Assembly (NCBI GenBank): GCA_964420065.1 | Contig: CAYQQK010000003.1 | Location: 20,478-84,477 of the forward strand | Reading direction: 5' to 3' | DNA: 64,000 nucleotides | From: an uncultured Syntrophomonadaceae bacterium | Lineage (GTDB): Bacteria > Bacillota > Dethiobacteria > DTU022 | Part shown: piece after piece, positions 18,011-27,685 of the stretch | Position numbering within the stretch: the first letter of the stretch is position 1 | Layout: each line of letters begins with the position of its first letter | Program-made: the position numbers and the translations under genes | The notes under the pieces: generated by a model | The model's input: only the letters and a program-made list of their open reading frames with translations | Databases searched by the model: none | What the model was told of the DNA's origin: nothing

Positions 18011-19417
18011 ATGAGGCTACGAGTCGAAAGAGATTATTTGGGTGAACTGAGTATTCCCGATAAGTCACTTTACGGGATTCAGACCTTCCGGGCGGTACAA
18101 AACTTTCCTGTTACCGGTCTGAAACTGGACCGGGATCTGATCATGGCTCTGGGAATTGTCAAAGGGGCAGCGGCACAGGCCAACTTAATACAGGGTAGCC
18201 TCGACCCAAAAATCGCCGAGGCGGTAATTGAGGCTGCGGCGGAAATAGCGGGCGGGAAGCTGCTGGAACATTTTCCGGTAGACCCGATCCAGGGCGGAGC
18301 GGGGACATCGATGAATATGAATATCAACGAAGTCATTGCCAACCGGGCCATCGAAATTCTAGGCGGGAAACGGGGTTATTATCACCTTGTATCTCCAAAC
18401 AGCCATGTCAATATGTCGCAATCAACCAATGACGTCATCCCCACCGCTGCCCGCATTGCCGCATTGAAAAAAACGGGGATGCTTCTGGAGACAGTTGATC
18501 ATACCATCGCCGTGCTGCAACAAAAAGAAAGGGAATTTGATGATTGTGTCAAAATTGGGCGAACCCACCTCCAGGACGCGGTCCCGATCCGGCTCGGGCA
18601 GGAGTTCGGTGCCTATGCCGCGGCTGTTACGAGAGCGCGGGAAAATATTGTTACGGCTTGTAGCGGTCTCGAAGAGATCAACATCGGTGCGACGGCTGTG
18701 GGAACCGGGTTGAACGCCGATCCGGGCTATGTCCGGACCACGGTGAGAATATTGCGCGAATTGTCCGGTTTAAACTTGAGGCTGGCCGGAAACCTGGTTG
18801 ATGCGACCCAGAACGAGGACACTTATGTTGTTGTGTCGGCCTCGTTAAAGCAACTGGCCGTGGTCTTGAGCAAGATGGCCAACGATCTCCGGCTCATGGC
18901 TTCAGGGCCACGCTGTGGTTTGCATGAAATTTATCTGCCCGAGGTCCAGCCCGGTTCATCGATCATGCCGGGCAAAGTCAACCCGGTTTTGCCGGAAACC
19001 GTGAACCAGGTTGCCTTCCAGGTTATCGGCAACGATGCTACGATCTGCATGGCCGCTGAAGCGGGACAATTCGAACTCAACGTCATGGTTCCGGTGATCT
19101 ATTTCAACCTGTTTCAGTCATACGAAATTATGACCAACGTTCTTCGTCCTTTCATCGATCACTGTCTGAACGGGATTAAGCCCAACCGGGAGCGTTGCCG
19201 GGATTATGCCGAAAAAAACGCCGGAGTGGCGACGGCACTGAACCCCTATATCGGGTATGAAAAAGCCTGCCGGGTTGCCCGTGAAGCGATGGAAACGGGC
19301 CGGACGGTGCGGGAGATAGCCATGGCTGACAATCTATTTCACCCCAAAAAATTGGACCAAATTTTAGATCCCGTGAAGATGACCATGCCCGGCATAGCCG
19401 GCAGGGAACCTCAATAA
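18011..19417 (+). CDS. aspA: Aspartate ammonia-lyase / class II fumarase family
   Basis: GSSIMPGKVNP signature, N-terminal ERDYLGE..YGIQTFRAVQNF, 468 aa. Confidence 0.75.
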   Translation: MRLRVERDYLGELSIPDKSLYGIQTFRAVQNFPVTGLKLDRDLIMALGIVKGAAAQANLIQGSLDPKIAEAVIEAAAEIAGGKLLEHFPVDPIQGGAGTSMNMNINEVIANRAIEILGGKRGYYHLVSPNSHVNMSQSTNDVIPTAARIAALKKTGMLLETVDHTIAVLQQKEREFDDCVKIGRTHLQDAVPIRLGQEFGAYAAAVTRARENIVTACSGLEEINIGATAVGTGLNADPGYVRTTVRILRELSGLNLRLAGNLVDATQNEDTYVVVSASLKQLAVVLSKMANDLRLMASGPRCGLHEIYLPEVQPGSSIMPGKVNPVLPETVNQVAFQVIGNDATICMAAEAGQFELNVMVPVIYFNLFQSYEIMTNVLRPFIDHCLNGIKPNRERCRDYAEKNAGVATALNPYIGYEKACRVAREAMETGRTVREIAMADNLFHPKKLDQILDPVKMTMPGIAGREPQ

Positions 19418-19509
19418 TGAAACGGTACTTAATAATGCTTGAATTTTGACGAAAGAAACCGTAGAGGAAGGGATGGCGCCTGTAACCGTGGCAATACGAG
19501 GTGACCTGA

Positions 19510-20718
19510 ATGCGAAAACTACCTTTATGGGCCTTGCGACCCGGCATGGAAGTAGCCCGGCGGGTCTACGACGGCAACGGTTTTTTGCTTTTGAACACCG
19601 GGGTTAAACTAAGACGGGCCTATATCGAGGGGCTGAAGGCTCACTGTATTCCCGCAATCTATATTGTTGATGATCTTATTCCAGACGTCCAAATTGTAGA
19701 CGTGATCCTTGATAAAACTCGACGGCGGGCCACCAGCCTGGTCCGCAAAATTATTTGTCAAGCACAACAATCGCCACAAAAAAACAAAAAGGAACAGGTA
19801 TTTCTTCCCCGGAGAGAATTGGAAACCGTTCTGGAGGAAATTATTTCCCAACTGCTCCACAACCGTCACCTGGCGATCAATATGACGGATATTCGCAGTG
19901 CGGATAGCTATACTTTTTCCCACTCGGTGAACGTAGCCGTCCTGGCAATAGTGACTGCAGCCGCCATGGGGTTGTCCCTTTCCGAGCTGCACCGGATCGG
20001 GCTGGGTGCGTTGCTGCACGATCTCGGGAAAACAAAAATTCCGCCTGCCATTCTGAACAAACGGACCCCGCTCCGGAGTGAAGAGATGGAACGGATTAAA
20101 CAACACCCGGCCGATGGTTACCGGATGTTGCAAACACAAAACTTTGGTTCCGCCGCCGCTTTGGTGGTTTATCAGCACCATGAACGCATTGATGGCAGCG
20201 GTTACCCCGACGGTATCACCGGAACAGAGATCGAACTTTTCTCCAAGATCGTCGCTGTAGTCGATGTTTATGACGCCCTGGTTTCCGATCGCCCGTATCG
20301 CCCGGCTTTTCCGCCACACCAGGCGATGGAGATTATCCAGGCCGGTAACGGCAGTTTTGATCGGGGTATTGTTGATAGGTTTCGCTATCATGTTCCGGCT
20401 TTCCCCGTGGGGACGATCGTGGCATTAAGTGACGGTTTTATCGGTGTGGTCGTTCAAAACACGGTTGGTTTTCCAACCAGTCCCCGGGTGCGAATCTTTT
20501 GCCGGCTTGAAACTTTTGAACCGGTAGTTCCTTTTGAAATAAATTTAGCCGACTCCCTTTCGGTGGTTGTAATCAAAGTCCTCGATGACCGGGAACTGCC
20601 TGATCCGTTGCCGATCCACGAATCCTGTCATGCAGCCAAACACAAGGGAAGTGCAAACATTCCGGCGCTGCACGGTGGAATCAGCAAGGCAAACCGTAGG
20701 GAAAAACCAACGGCCTAG
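19510..20718 (+). CDS. HD-GYP domain c-di-GMP phosphodiesterase
   Basis: HD motif (LLHDLGKTKIP) and HHERIDGSGYPDG (GYP) motif. Confidence 0.8.
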   Translation: MRKLPLWALRPGMEVARRVYDGNGFLLLNTGVKLRRAYIEGLKAHCIPAIYIVDDLIPDVQIVDVILDKTRRRATSLVRKIICQAQQSPQKNKKEQVFLPRRELETVLEEIISQLLHNRHLAINMTDIRSADSYTFSHSVNVAVLAIVTAAAMGLSLSELHRIGLGALLHDLGKTKIPPAILNKRTPLRSEEMERIKQHPADGYRMLQTQNFGSAAALVVYQHHERIDGSGYPDGITGTEIELFSKIVAVVDVYDALVSDRPYRPAFPPHQAMEIIQAGNGSFDRGIVDRFRYHVPAFPVGTIVALSDGFIGVVVQNTVGFPTSPRVRIFCRLETFEPVVPFEINLADSLSVVVIKVLDDRELPDPLPIHESCHAAKHKGSANIPALHGGISKANRREKPTA

Positions 20719-20729
20719 GGGGTAGCATC

Positions 20730-22529
20730 GTGAACCGGTCAGGGAACAATGGTCTGGATCAACCGGGTCAGGTTACGGTGATCAAGGGCGAGGCTAAAGT
20801 AATTGATCCTTGCGGGGCAGGCAGCACGGCCTGCATTTGCCCCGGTAAAGGGGTGTCCGTGCTCATTAACGGGGTCAAAATCTTCCGGCGTACACCCGTT
20901 TACTCCACCGATCGGATTCAAATTGAGACTGCGGGCAGCGTGGAACCGGCCAAGGTTTCCGTCCGAATTGCCCCCGACGGGATGTCAGCGGAGGCGGTGT
21001 TGTTCCCTCCGTTAACGGTTACCCATACACTGCCCGACTATCCGCCTTCGCCCGATCTCGAAATCGATGTTGTTGCCCGGGAAGAATACGGCGCCCTGTC
21101 ACTGGAGGAGGCTCTCGGCTTGCTGAGAGAACAGGGGGTTACCTTTGGGCTGGACGAAAAGGCGATTACAGAGCTGCTAAACAAACCCGGTGACTGGGGC
21201 GAGGTCGCCCGGGGTCGCCCGGTGGTGCCCGGCCGCGACGGTTGGGTCGAACCGCAGCATCAAGAATTGTTAAAAAAAGTTGTGTACGGTGAAAATGAAA
21301 ACCGGGTTGATTACCGGGAACGTTTTAAAATTTTACATGTGCAAACAGGCGACCTGCTGGCCCGCATTTGTCCCCCGGTTCCCGGGACGGTCGGGAAGCA
21401 GGTCACCGGTCGCGAAGTAGCAGCCCCACCGGTCTTCCCGGCGGAGGTCCAATGTGGAAAAGGGGCGACACTAAGTCCTGATGGGAGCCAAGTGTTCGCC
21501 AACCGGGTTGGAGCTCCGGTTTATCGGAAAGGCAAGATCCATCTCTTCCGGGTGGACAATCTTTATGTTCACCAGGGCAACATCGATATTCGCAGCGGCA
21601 ACACTGCTTTTCAGGGACATCTCAAGATTCAGGGTGATATCATGGAAGGCATGTCTGTTTCGGCCGAGGGCGAAATCGAGATTGCGGGCCATGCGACCGG
21701 GGCCAATATTTCGGCTGAGGGGCAGGTCATCATCAAAAATAATTGCATCAACTGCCATATTGAAGCCGGTCGAAAACAGATTGTCCGGAATGAATTTGGA
21801 GCTTACCTGAAGGAAACGATTGAGGTGATCGACAATGTTGGCGCCGCCTGCCGGAAGATTATCAGTACCCTGGAAAAACGCGGTCAAAAGGCCGGAGACC
21901 GCCTGCCCTTGATCATGCGCATGGTCGTGCAGAGCAAATTCCCAGCCGCGCCGCAACAGGTAATGGATAATATAGACAAAGCGGAGCGACTGAAACAGTT
22001 TTTGCCGGAAAAGGTTCTTGATTCCCTGCATTATTGCGCCGGTTTTTTTGGGGCATTACAGAATGGGGGCCGTCCGGTCGATTTTACAATGTTGAAGGAG
22101 ATACGGATCGGGCTGGCCCGGGCCGTCGCCTACCTCGATGAAGGCGAAATGGAAGGGATGGGCATCGTGGCCCATTACGTTCAAAACAGCACCCTGCTCT
22201 GCACCGGGGATATTACCATTTCCGGCCCGGGAGTCTACAATTCTACTTTAAAATGCAACGGTGCCGTCCGGGTGGAACGCATTTTTCGCGGTGGTAAAAT
22301 CGGCGCCGGCGGCGACGTCTGGATCGGTAAGGCAGGCACGGCCCGCCTTTCCGTCCAACAAGGGCTGATCCAGGTCCCCCCCGGGAACAAAATCCATCTC
22401 GGCCTGGCCTATGAAAACATGAAAGTGCAGATCGGACCCTCTTTTTATACCCTGAAACAGACCCTGACCGGGATCTGCCTTGCCCTCGATCCCGATAGTC
22501 TGCAGATCCGGATCCAACCCCGCTCTTAA
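20730..22529 (+). CDS. FapA-family (DUF342) flagellar assembly protein A-like, beta-helical
   Basis: 599 aa with C-terminal repetitive beta-helix-like segments (VSAEGEIEIAGHATGANISAEGQVII...). Located immediately upstream of flgM. Confidence 0.55.
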   Translation: MNRSGNNGLDQPGQVTVIKGEAKVIDPCGAGSTACICPGKGVSVLINGVKIFRRTPVYSTDRIQIETAGSVEPAKVSVRIAPDGMSAEAVLFPPLTVTHTLPDYPPSPDLEIDVVAREEYGALSLEEALGLLREQGVTFGLDEKAITELLNKPGDWGEVARGRPVVPGRDGWVEPQHQELLKKVVYGENENRVDYRERFKILHVQTGDLLARICPPVPGTVGKQVTGREVAAPPVFPAEVQCGKGATLSPDGSQVFANRVGAPVYRKGKIHLFRVDNLYVHQGNIDIRSGNTAFQGHLKIQGDIMEGMSVSAEGEIEIAGHATGANISAEGQVIIKNNCINCHIEAGRKQIVRNEFGAYLKETIEVIDNVGAACRKIISTLEKRGQKAGDRLPLIMRMVVQSKFPAAPQQVMDNIDKAERLKQFLPEKVLDSLHYCAGFFGALQNGGRPVDFTMLKEIRIGLARAVAYLDEGEMEGMGIVAHYVQNSTLLCTGDITISGPGVYNSTLKCNGAVRVERIFRGGKIGAGGDVWIGKAGTARLSVQQGLIQVPPGNKIHLGLAYENMKVQIGPSFYTLKQTLTGICLALDPDSLQIRIQPRS

Positions 22530-22575
22530 CTTTATTCTTTTTCTTGCCGATAGATGTGGTGAGGAGGGATTCCTG

Positions 22576-22863
22576 GTGAAAATAAAACCGGACCATGCCC
22601 TGCCGATCGGTCGACTCCCGGCTCGTGAAAACACGCGCGCCGGCCGGCCTTGCGGCGGCACCCCCCCGGGGGCGGGAATAGAACAGAAACAGATATCCGG
22701 CATGGCCGCCTTTTTAAAGGCTGAACTGGAAAAGGCAGAGCATGAAACCGACCCGTCCCGGGCTGCCCAGCTCCGAAATTTGCAAGACGCTATTGAACGC
22801 GGCGTCTACCGGACCGATCCGGCGCAGCTGGCCCGGGCCATGCTGACTCTGTTCAAACGCTAG
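22576..22863 (+). CDS. flgM: Anti-sigma-28 factor FlgM
   Basis: C-terminus LRNLQDAIERGVYRTDPAQLARAML matches the FlgM sigma-binding helix. GTG start after a GAGGAGGG RBS. The ORF-track start (22480) is too long for FlgM. Confidence 0.7.
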   Translation: MKIKPDHALPIGRLPARENTRAGRPCGGTPPGAGIEQKQISGMAAFLKAELEKAEHETDPSRAAQLRNLQDAIERGVYRTDPAQLARAMLTLFKR

Positions 22864-23043
22864 CGGGCCTCCCCGCCCACCCTGCGGGAGATCAGCTTAA
22901 GGGCAGCGCTGGGCCCCGAATCAAGGTTTTCGTTTTTTACGTACGCCCGGGACGGGATCCTCCGGCCGCTGCGCTCGTGACAGCAAGAGCACAGTGGGAA
23001 GGGCGGGGGCTCAACGATCCAAACGCCGGGAAAGGAGAGTTGG

Positions 23044-23550
23044 ATGGTGCACGATCCGATGACCCGTTCTGCTTCGGTTTCAGCCGAGCTCGAGGAGATC
23101 TTGCAGGAAGGGGTTGCCCTTCTGGCCGGGTTGCTTTGTTCCGAGGAGACGCTACAAAAACAGTTGATTCAAGGCGACTACCGCGCCATTTCCGCGACCG
23201 CCGGGGAACGGGACGAGCTGCAACGCCGCCTGGCGGCTTTCGAAACAAGAAGAGAGAAGTTTTTTCCACGGGGGACAAAAATCGGGGACGGCCTGGTCCA
23301 GACGGACACTGTACTGGCCCCGGGAGGGACGGGCGGTCGGGAACGGCTGCAGGCGCTGTTGGGGCAATTTCGCGAGGCGTTGCTGCAAGTTTACGCGCTG
23401 CAAGGAATAAACCGGGAACTGCTTCGGGAAAGGTTACGTTTTACCCGGGAGATGCAGGCCTTGCTTTCAGGCGACAAAGCCTACAACGACCGGGGTGAAC
23501 CGGCATCCGCCGTGCAGGAGGATGTGGCCCGGCTCGATCGCAACTGTTGA
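23044..23550 (+). CDS. FlgN-like flagellar export chaperone
   Basis: 168 aa helical protein at the flgM-flgN-flgK-flgL position, preceded by an AAAGGAG RBS. Confidence 0.45.
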   Translation: MVHDPMTRSASVSAELEEILQEGVALLAGLLCSEETLQKQLIQGDYRAISATAGERDELQRRLAAFETRREKFFPRGTKIGDGLVQTDTVLAPGGTGGRERLQALLGQFREALLQVYALQGINRELLRERLRFTREMQALLSGDKAYNDRGEPASAVQEDVARLDRNC

Positions 23551-23565
23551 GGAGGAAAGAACGGT

Positions 23566-24972
23566 ATGACTATATTTGGAAGTATGGAGATTGGACGGCG
23601 GTCTCTTCGCGCCCAGCTGAAGGGGATGGAAGTTAGCGGTCAAAACGTGGCTAATGCCAACACTCCAGGTTACAGCCGGCAGCGGGTCGACCTGCAGGCC
23701 ATTGCAATCCCCCTGGTGCCGGGAATACCGCTTTCTCCGGGCCGCGGCGTCAAAGTAGCGGCTGTGCAGCGCATCCAGAGCCAGTTTTACCGTTCACAAC
23801 TGAACCAGAACCATGGTCATCTCGGTTACTGGGAAACCTGCCAAGAAACCTTCCAGGGGGTTGAAGTGATTTTGATGGAGCCGGAGGAACACGGTTTAAA
23901 TCGGTTGCTGGGTGATTTTTTTGACCTCTGGCACGAGTTAAGCGCCTCCCCCGAAAGCATGGACGTGCGTACCAGCCTGCAAGCACAGGCGGTTACTTTC
24001 ACCCGAACGGTTCAGGAAGTTTATCTGCGCAGCAATGATCTGAGCTTGAGCCTGCAGGAAGAGATGACTCAGCGAGTCGAGGAAATCAATTTTTTAACCA
24101 AAGAAATTGCGGCCATAAATGAAAAGGTGACCCTGATGTACAACCTTGGGGACACCTCGAATGAACTGCTGGACCAGCTTGACCGGGCTGTGGAACAACT
24201 TTCCGCACTGATTGATGTGCAGACTCTCTACCGGTCCAACGGTGTCGTCCAGGTTTTTACTGGCGGACGGATGCTGGTGCAGGACAACCATAGCTACTCC
24301 CTGTCGATCGCCCGCAGCGACGCGGGCGCGATCGACATCCACAGTGATCGCGGTCAGCCTCTGACCCTGCATTCCGGGCGCCTGGCCGCACTGCAGCAAT
24401 CGGTCAACGCCATCATCCCCGATCTGCAGGGCAAGTTCGATCAAATGGTCTGCCGCCTGGTGGAAGAAGTAAACGCGCTGCATCGCGATGGTTACGGTCT
24501 GGACGGAACCGGGGAGCGCAACTTTTTTGAACCGATCGTTGCGGACAGTCTCATCCCCCCTTCTCTGCAGTTTAAACTCTCCGCCGATCTGTTTGGGGTA
24601 GCGGGTTGCGAGCCGGCCCGGGTTGCCGCTGCTTTCGAACCCGGGGAACCCGGCAACGGCGCGAACGCCCTTGAAGTGGCCCGGTTGCGTGAAGCGCTGA
24701 TCATGGAGGACGGCACCGCCTCGATCATCGAATACTACCGCAGCATTGTTGCTTCTCTGGGGGTGGAAGGCCAGGAATGCGAGCGCATGGTGGGGGCTTA
24801 CACCGCGGCGGAGGCGCAGCTTTTTGAGCGCAACCAGGCCATCGCCGGGGTTGACCTTGACGAAGAAATGTTGAACATGATCCAGTTCCAGCATGCCTGG
24901 CATGCCGCTTCGCTTTTTATCAAGAGCGTGGACGAAATGCTGTCCATTTTACTGTATGAACTGGGCCGGTAG
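23566..24972 (+). CDS. flgK: Flagellar hook-associated protein 1 FlgK
   Basis: N-terminal GQNVANANTPGYSRQ motif plus conserved C-terminal helix. Confidence 0.9.
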   Translation: MTIFGSMEIGRRSLRAQLKGMEVSGQNVANANTPGYSRQRVDLQAIAIPLVPGIPLSPGRGVKVAAVQRIQSQFYRSQLNQNHGHLGYWETCQETFQGVEVILMEPEEHGLNRLLGDFFDLWHELSASPESMDVRTSLQAQAVTFTRTVQEVYLRSNDLSLSLQEEMTQRVEEINFLTKEIAAINEKVTLMYNLGDTSNELLDQLDRAVEQLSALIDVQTLYRSNGVVQVFTGGRMLVQDNHSYSLSIARSDAGAIDIHSDRGQPLTLHSGRLAALQQSVNAIIPDLQGKFDQMVCRLVEEVNALHRDGYGLDGTGERNFFEPIVADSLIPPSLQFKLSADLFGVAGCEPARVAAAFEPGEPGNGANALEVARLREALIMEDGTASIIEYYRSIVASLGVEGQECERMVGAYTAAEAQLFERNQAIAGVDLDEEMLNMIQFQHAWHAASLFIKSVDEMLSILLYELGR

Positions 24973-25008
24973 CGGCCGTAAAACACCCGCGCAGAAGGAG
25001 TGACCGCA

Positions 25009-26634
25009 ATGCGTATCACCCACCGCATGATCGCCGGCGGGATCCAGCACCGGCTCGGGCAAAGTCTGAACCGGCTCGAGCGCTATTCCCAACAACTGGC
25101 CACAGGAAAAGTTTTTCAGCGCCCTTCCCAGAATCCGGTCGGCCTGGTCAAAGTGTTGCGTTACAGCACCTTGATCGAGCGCAATGAGCGGTACCGCCTG
25201 AACATGAATGAGGCTGCACGGTGGCTGGAAAGTACGGAAGACAGTCTTCGGGACGCGCTCGATTCAATCGAGCGGCTGCGTGAACTGTGTATCTACGGCG
25301 CCAACGAAGTTCTCACCGCTGCCGATCGCCATGCCCTGGCCCCGGAAACCCTCGAACTGAGCCGTTTTTTGTTCGACCTGGCCAATAAAGAATACAATGG
25401 CCTTTACCTTTTCGCCGGTCACAATACCCTGGAGACCCCCTTCGTGGAACGCAACCTCTACCGGATCGAGGCGGATGAGGATAGCGGCCTTGATCCGGCA
25501 TCGTTGCAGGCCGAAGGTCTTCAGAACGGTACCTACCGTCTCGCTTTGCGGACGATTGCCGGTGAAGCTCATCCGGCGGAGCTGGAAACGGTGCAGGCTT
25601 GTCTGGGCGACGCTGCCGCCGGTTCGATCTTTGGTGCGGCCGTTTCGACAGCGATCGATCCGGAGATCGATCAAAACGCTTCCATTCTGCTCGAGGTGCT
25701 TTCCGCCGACGGCGACACCGGGGAGGTGCGCTACCGCTTTACCGTGCACCGCTATGACCGGGACGGTGCCTATCACTGCGATCGGGGGGAAGCTTCCCTC
25801 GTTTTCGGCGGGCCAGCGGAGCAGTCCCTTGACCTGGGGGGGGGGATCGTGATCGCGGTCGGCGGGTTGGAGACGGCCAGCCCGGCGCAGGCCGGCCTGC
25901 TTGGTGCCTGCGACCGGGCTGTTTTGAACCTGCTTCCGGAGCGCCTGGCCGCTCAGGAATACCAGGAGGTGCGGCTATCCGGTGAGCACTGTGGGGGTGA
26001 GGCCTCATTCCGGCTCGTCTTCGATGCGGGGACGCTGCAGGAAGGAAGCAACCTGGCCCTGCATTACTTTACCATGAATACCTTCCCCCGTTCTCCTTTC
26101 CTCGGGGAGGCCCACCATGGTTCGGTTTCCCTGGGCTTCGGCGGTTCCTTCGTTGCAAGCGACGCGGCCGCTGTTTTTCATTACGACCGCGAAGGTTTCC
26201 CGGTGTACCGGGGTGATGACGGGCGGCGGGAACTGGATATCAGTCCCCACCAGGTCCTGGCGCTCAACCTGACCGGGCAACAGGCTTTCGGGAAGGAACA
26301 GGAGATTTTCCAGGCGGCCCGCGCCGTTTACCACGCTTTGATCGAAAACGATCGAACTCGTCTCGGCGGGGCGATCCTGGACGATCTGGATCACGCCGTC
26401 GATCTGATTTTACAGCGTTTATCCGAGGTAGGGGCGCGCCAGAAAAGGGTCGAGACGATGCAGGAAACCTTGTTTTGCGAAAGCATGCATCTGCGCGAAA
26501 TGCGTTCCCAGGTCGAGGATATCGATCTTGCCCTGACCATTGCCGAGTTTACGATGCAGGAAAACGCCTACCAGGCCGCCCTTGCCACCGCGGCGCGGAT
26601 CATGCCTCTGAGTTTGGTGGACTATTTGCGCTGA
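25009..26634 (+). CDS. flgL: Flagellar hook-associated protein 3 FlgL
   Basis: MRITHRM...LATGKVFQRPSQNPVG N-terminus. The AAGGAG RBS favours the ATG at 25009. Confidence 0.85.
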   Translation: MRITHRMIAGGIQHRLGQSLNRLERYSQQLATGKVFQRPSQNPVGLVKVLRYSTLIERNERYRLNMNEAARWLESTEDSLRDALDSIERLRELCIYGANEVLTAADRHALAPETLELSRFLFDLANKEYNGLYLFAGHNTLETPFVERNLYRIEADEDSGLDPASLQAEGLQNGTYRLALRTIAGEAHPAELETVQACLGDAAAGSIFGAAVSTAIDPEIDQNASILLEVLSADGDTGEVRYRFTVHRYDRDGAYHCDRGEASLVFGGPAEQSLDLGGGIVIAVGGLETASPAQAGLLGACDRAVLNLLPERLAAQEYQEVRLSGEHCGGEASFRLVFDAGTLQEGSNLALHYFTMNTFPRSPFLGEAHHGSVSLGFGGSFVASDAAAVFHYDREGFPVYRGDDGRRELDISPHQVLALNLTGQQAFGKEQEIFQAARAVYHALIENDRTRLGGAILDDLDHAVDLILQRLSEVGARQKRVETMQETLFCESMHLREMRSQVEDIDLALTIAEFTMQENAYQAALATAARIMPLSLVDYLR

Positions 26635-26666
26635 TTCCGAACCTGCACAAAAGGAGGAATAAGGTT

Positions 26667-27104
26667 ATGTCTGCCCAGTCAGACAATGGGCCGGTCGGCC
26701 CGCAAACACCGCCACAATTTCACTTTCCCCGTGGTTTGCCCGGTCTGGACGGGTTTCACCGGTTCCTGGTGAATCCGGTTCCCGGCAACCGTCTTTTCGC
26801 CATGCTCGTTGCCGCCGGCGATCCGGCGGTGGGGCTGATCCTGGTCGATCCCCTGCCCTTCTTTCCGGGCTACCGGGTCGATCTTTTCCCGGTCGACCGG
26901 CGGGACCTGCTGCTGAAGGAGGAGCGGGACCTGGTTATATTTACCACCGTAGCCGTGGACGATCAGGAACTATATACCAACCTCGGCGCCCCGATTCTGA
27001 TCAACGTGATCAGCAAGCGCGGCAAGCAGATCATCCTTCCCGATCGGACGAACCAGTTGCGCGTCCCGCTCGACCCCGGGCCCGAACATTGCGCCGTCTC
27101 TTGA
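26667..27104 (+). CDS. fliW: Flagellar assembly factor FliW (CsrA antagonist)
   Basis: FHFPRGLPGLDGFHRF...TNLGAPILINVISKRG matches FliW. GGAGGAATAAGG RBS. The ORF-track start at 26475 overlaps flgL. Confidence 0.85.
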   Translation: MSAQSDNGPVGPQTPPQFHFPRGLPGLDGFHRFLVNPVPGNRLFAMLVAAGDPAVGLILVDPLPFFPGYRVDLFPVDRRDLLLKEERDLVIFTTVAVDDQELYTNLGAPILINVISKRGKQIILPDRTNQLRVPLDPGPEHCAVS

Positions 27105-27382
27105 AGAGGATTCGCCGCCGGCTTTATTGGGGGGGAAGATCAACGCTTGCCGCATGAATAATGGGAGCAACCCATCGGTGGAGGACAAGGGAACGGACCT
27201 CAAGGGATGGCCCGTTTTTTTGTTTCTGCGAACTTTCTCCTCCGAAAGAGGCAGTTGCCGTTTCGAAAAGCTTGGGGCATCGGGAGAGGGAAAACAGATT
27301 TCGGGGAGGTTTAATGCGGGGGAATAGCGAAATTTGTTCCGGGGGTGAGGTATTGCCTTTCCCGGAAAGGGGTGAGCTGCGA

Positions 27383-27628
27383 ATGCTGGTGCTGACCCGC
27401 AAGAGCGGTGAAAAGATCATGATCGGTGAAGAAATCGAGATCACGGTGGTCGCAGTTGACGGGGAGGCGGTACGCTTGGGGGTTAATGCTCCTCGGGATG
27501 TGCCGGTCTTCCGCAGTGAGGTCTTCGAAGAGATCCGCCTTGAAAACCTGCGTGCGCTCAAGTCTGCGGCGTGCCTGCAAGCGAAACTGGGACGGGGAAG
27601 CGAGGGGGTGGAAAAACCGGAACTTTAA
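27383..27628 (+). CDS. csrA: Carbon storage regulator CsrA
   Basis: MLVLTRKSGEKIMIGEEIEITVVAVDGEAVRLGVNAPRDVPVFRSEV is a canonical CsrA. Positioned fliW-csrA-hag as in Bacillus. Confidence 0.9.
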   Translation: MLVLTRKSGEKIMIGEEIEITVVAVDGEAVRLGVNAPRDVPVFRSEVFEEIRLENLRALKSAACLQAKLGRGSEGVEKPEL

Positions 27629-27685
27629 AACCACCGGTCCGAAACATGGATTATTATTTCAGCCGGCCTGGCCATCAGTGAAAAA

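Noticed and set aside
22480-22575. Extended flgM start at 22480 (127 aa)
   Set aside because: It would overlap the FapA 3' end and exceed the usual FlgM length. The GTG at 22576 has a strong GAGGAGGG RBS.
22243-22703. Minus-strand ORFs (117 and 151 aa) spanning the FapA 3' end and flgM
   Set aside because: Overlap two co-directional, better-supported + strand genes and have no homology signal.
24094-24903. 269-aa minus-strand ORF opposite flgK, and 38670..39251- opposite fliG, 37719..38195- opposite fliF, 61540..62187- opposite fliY
   Set aside because: Shadow ORFs within well-supported flagellar genes.
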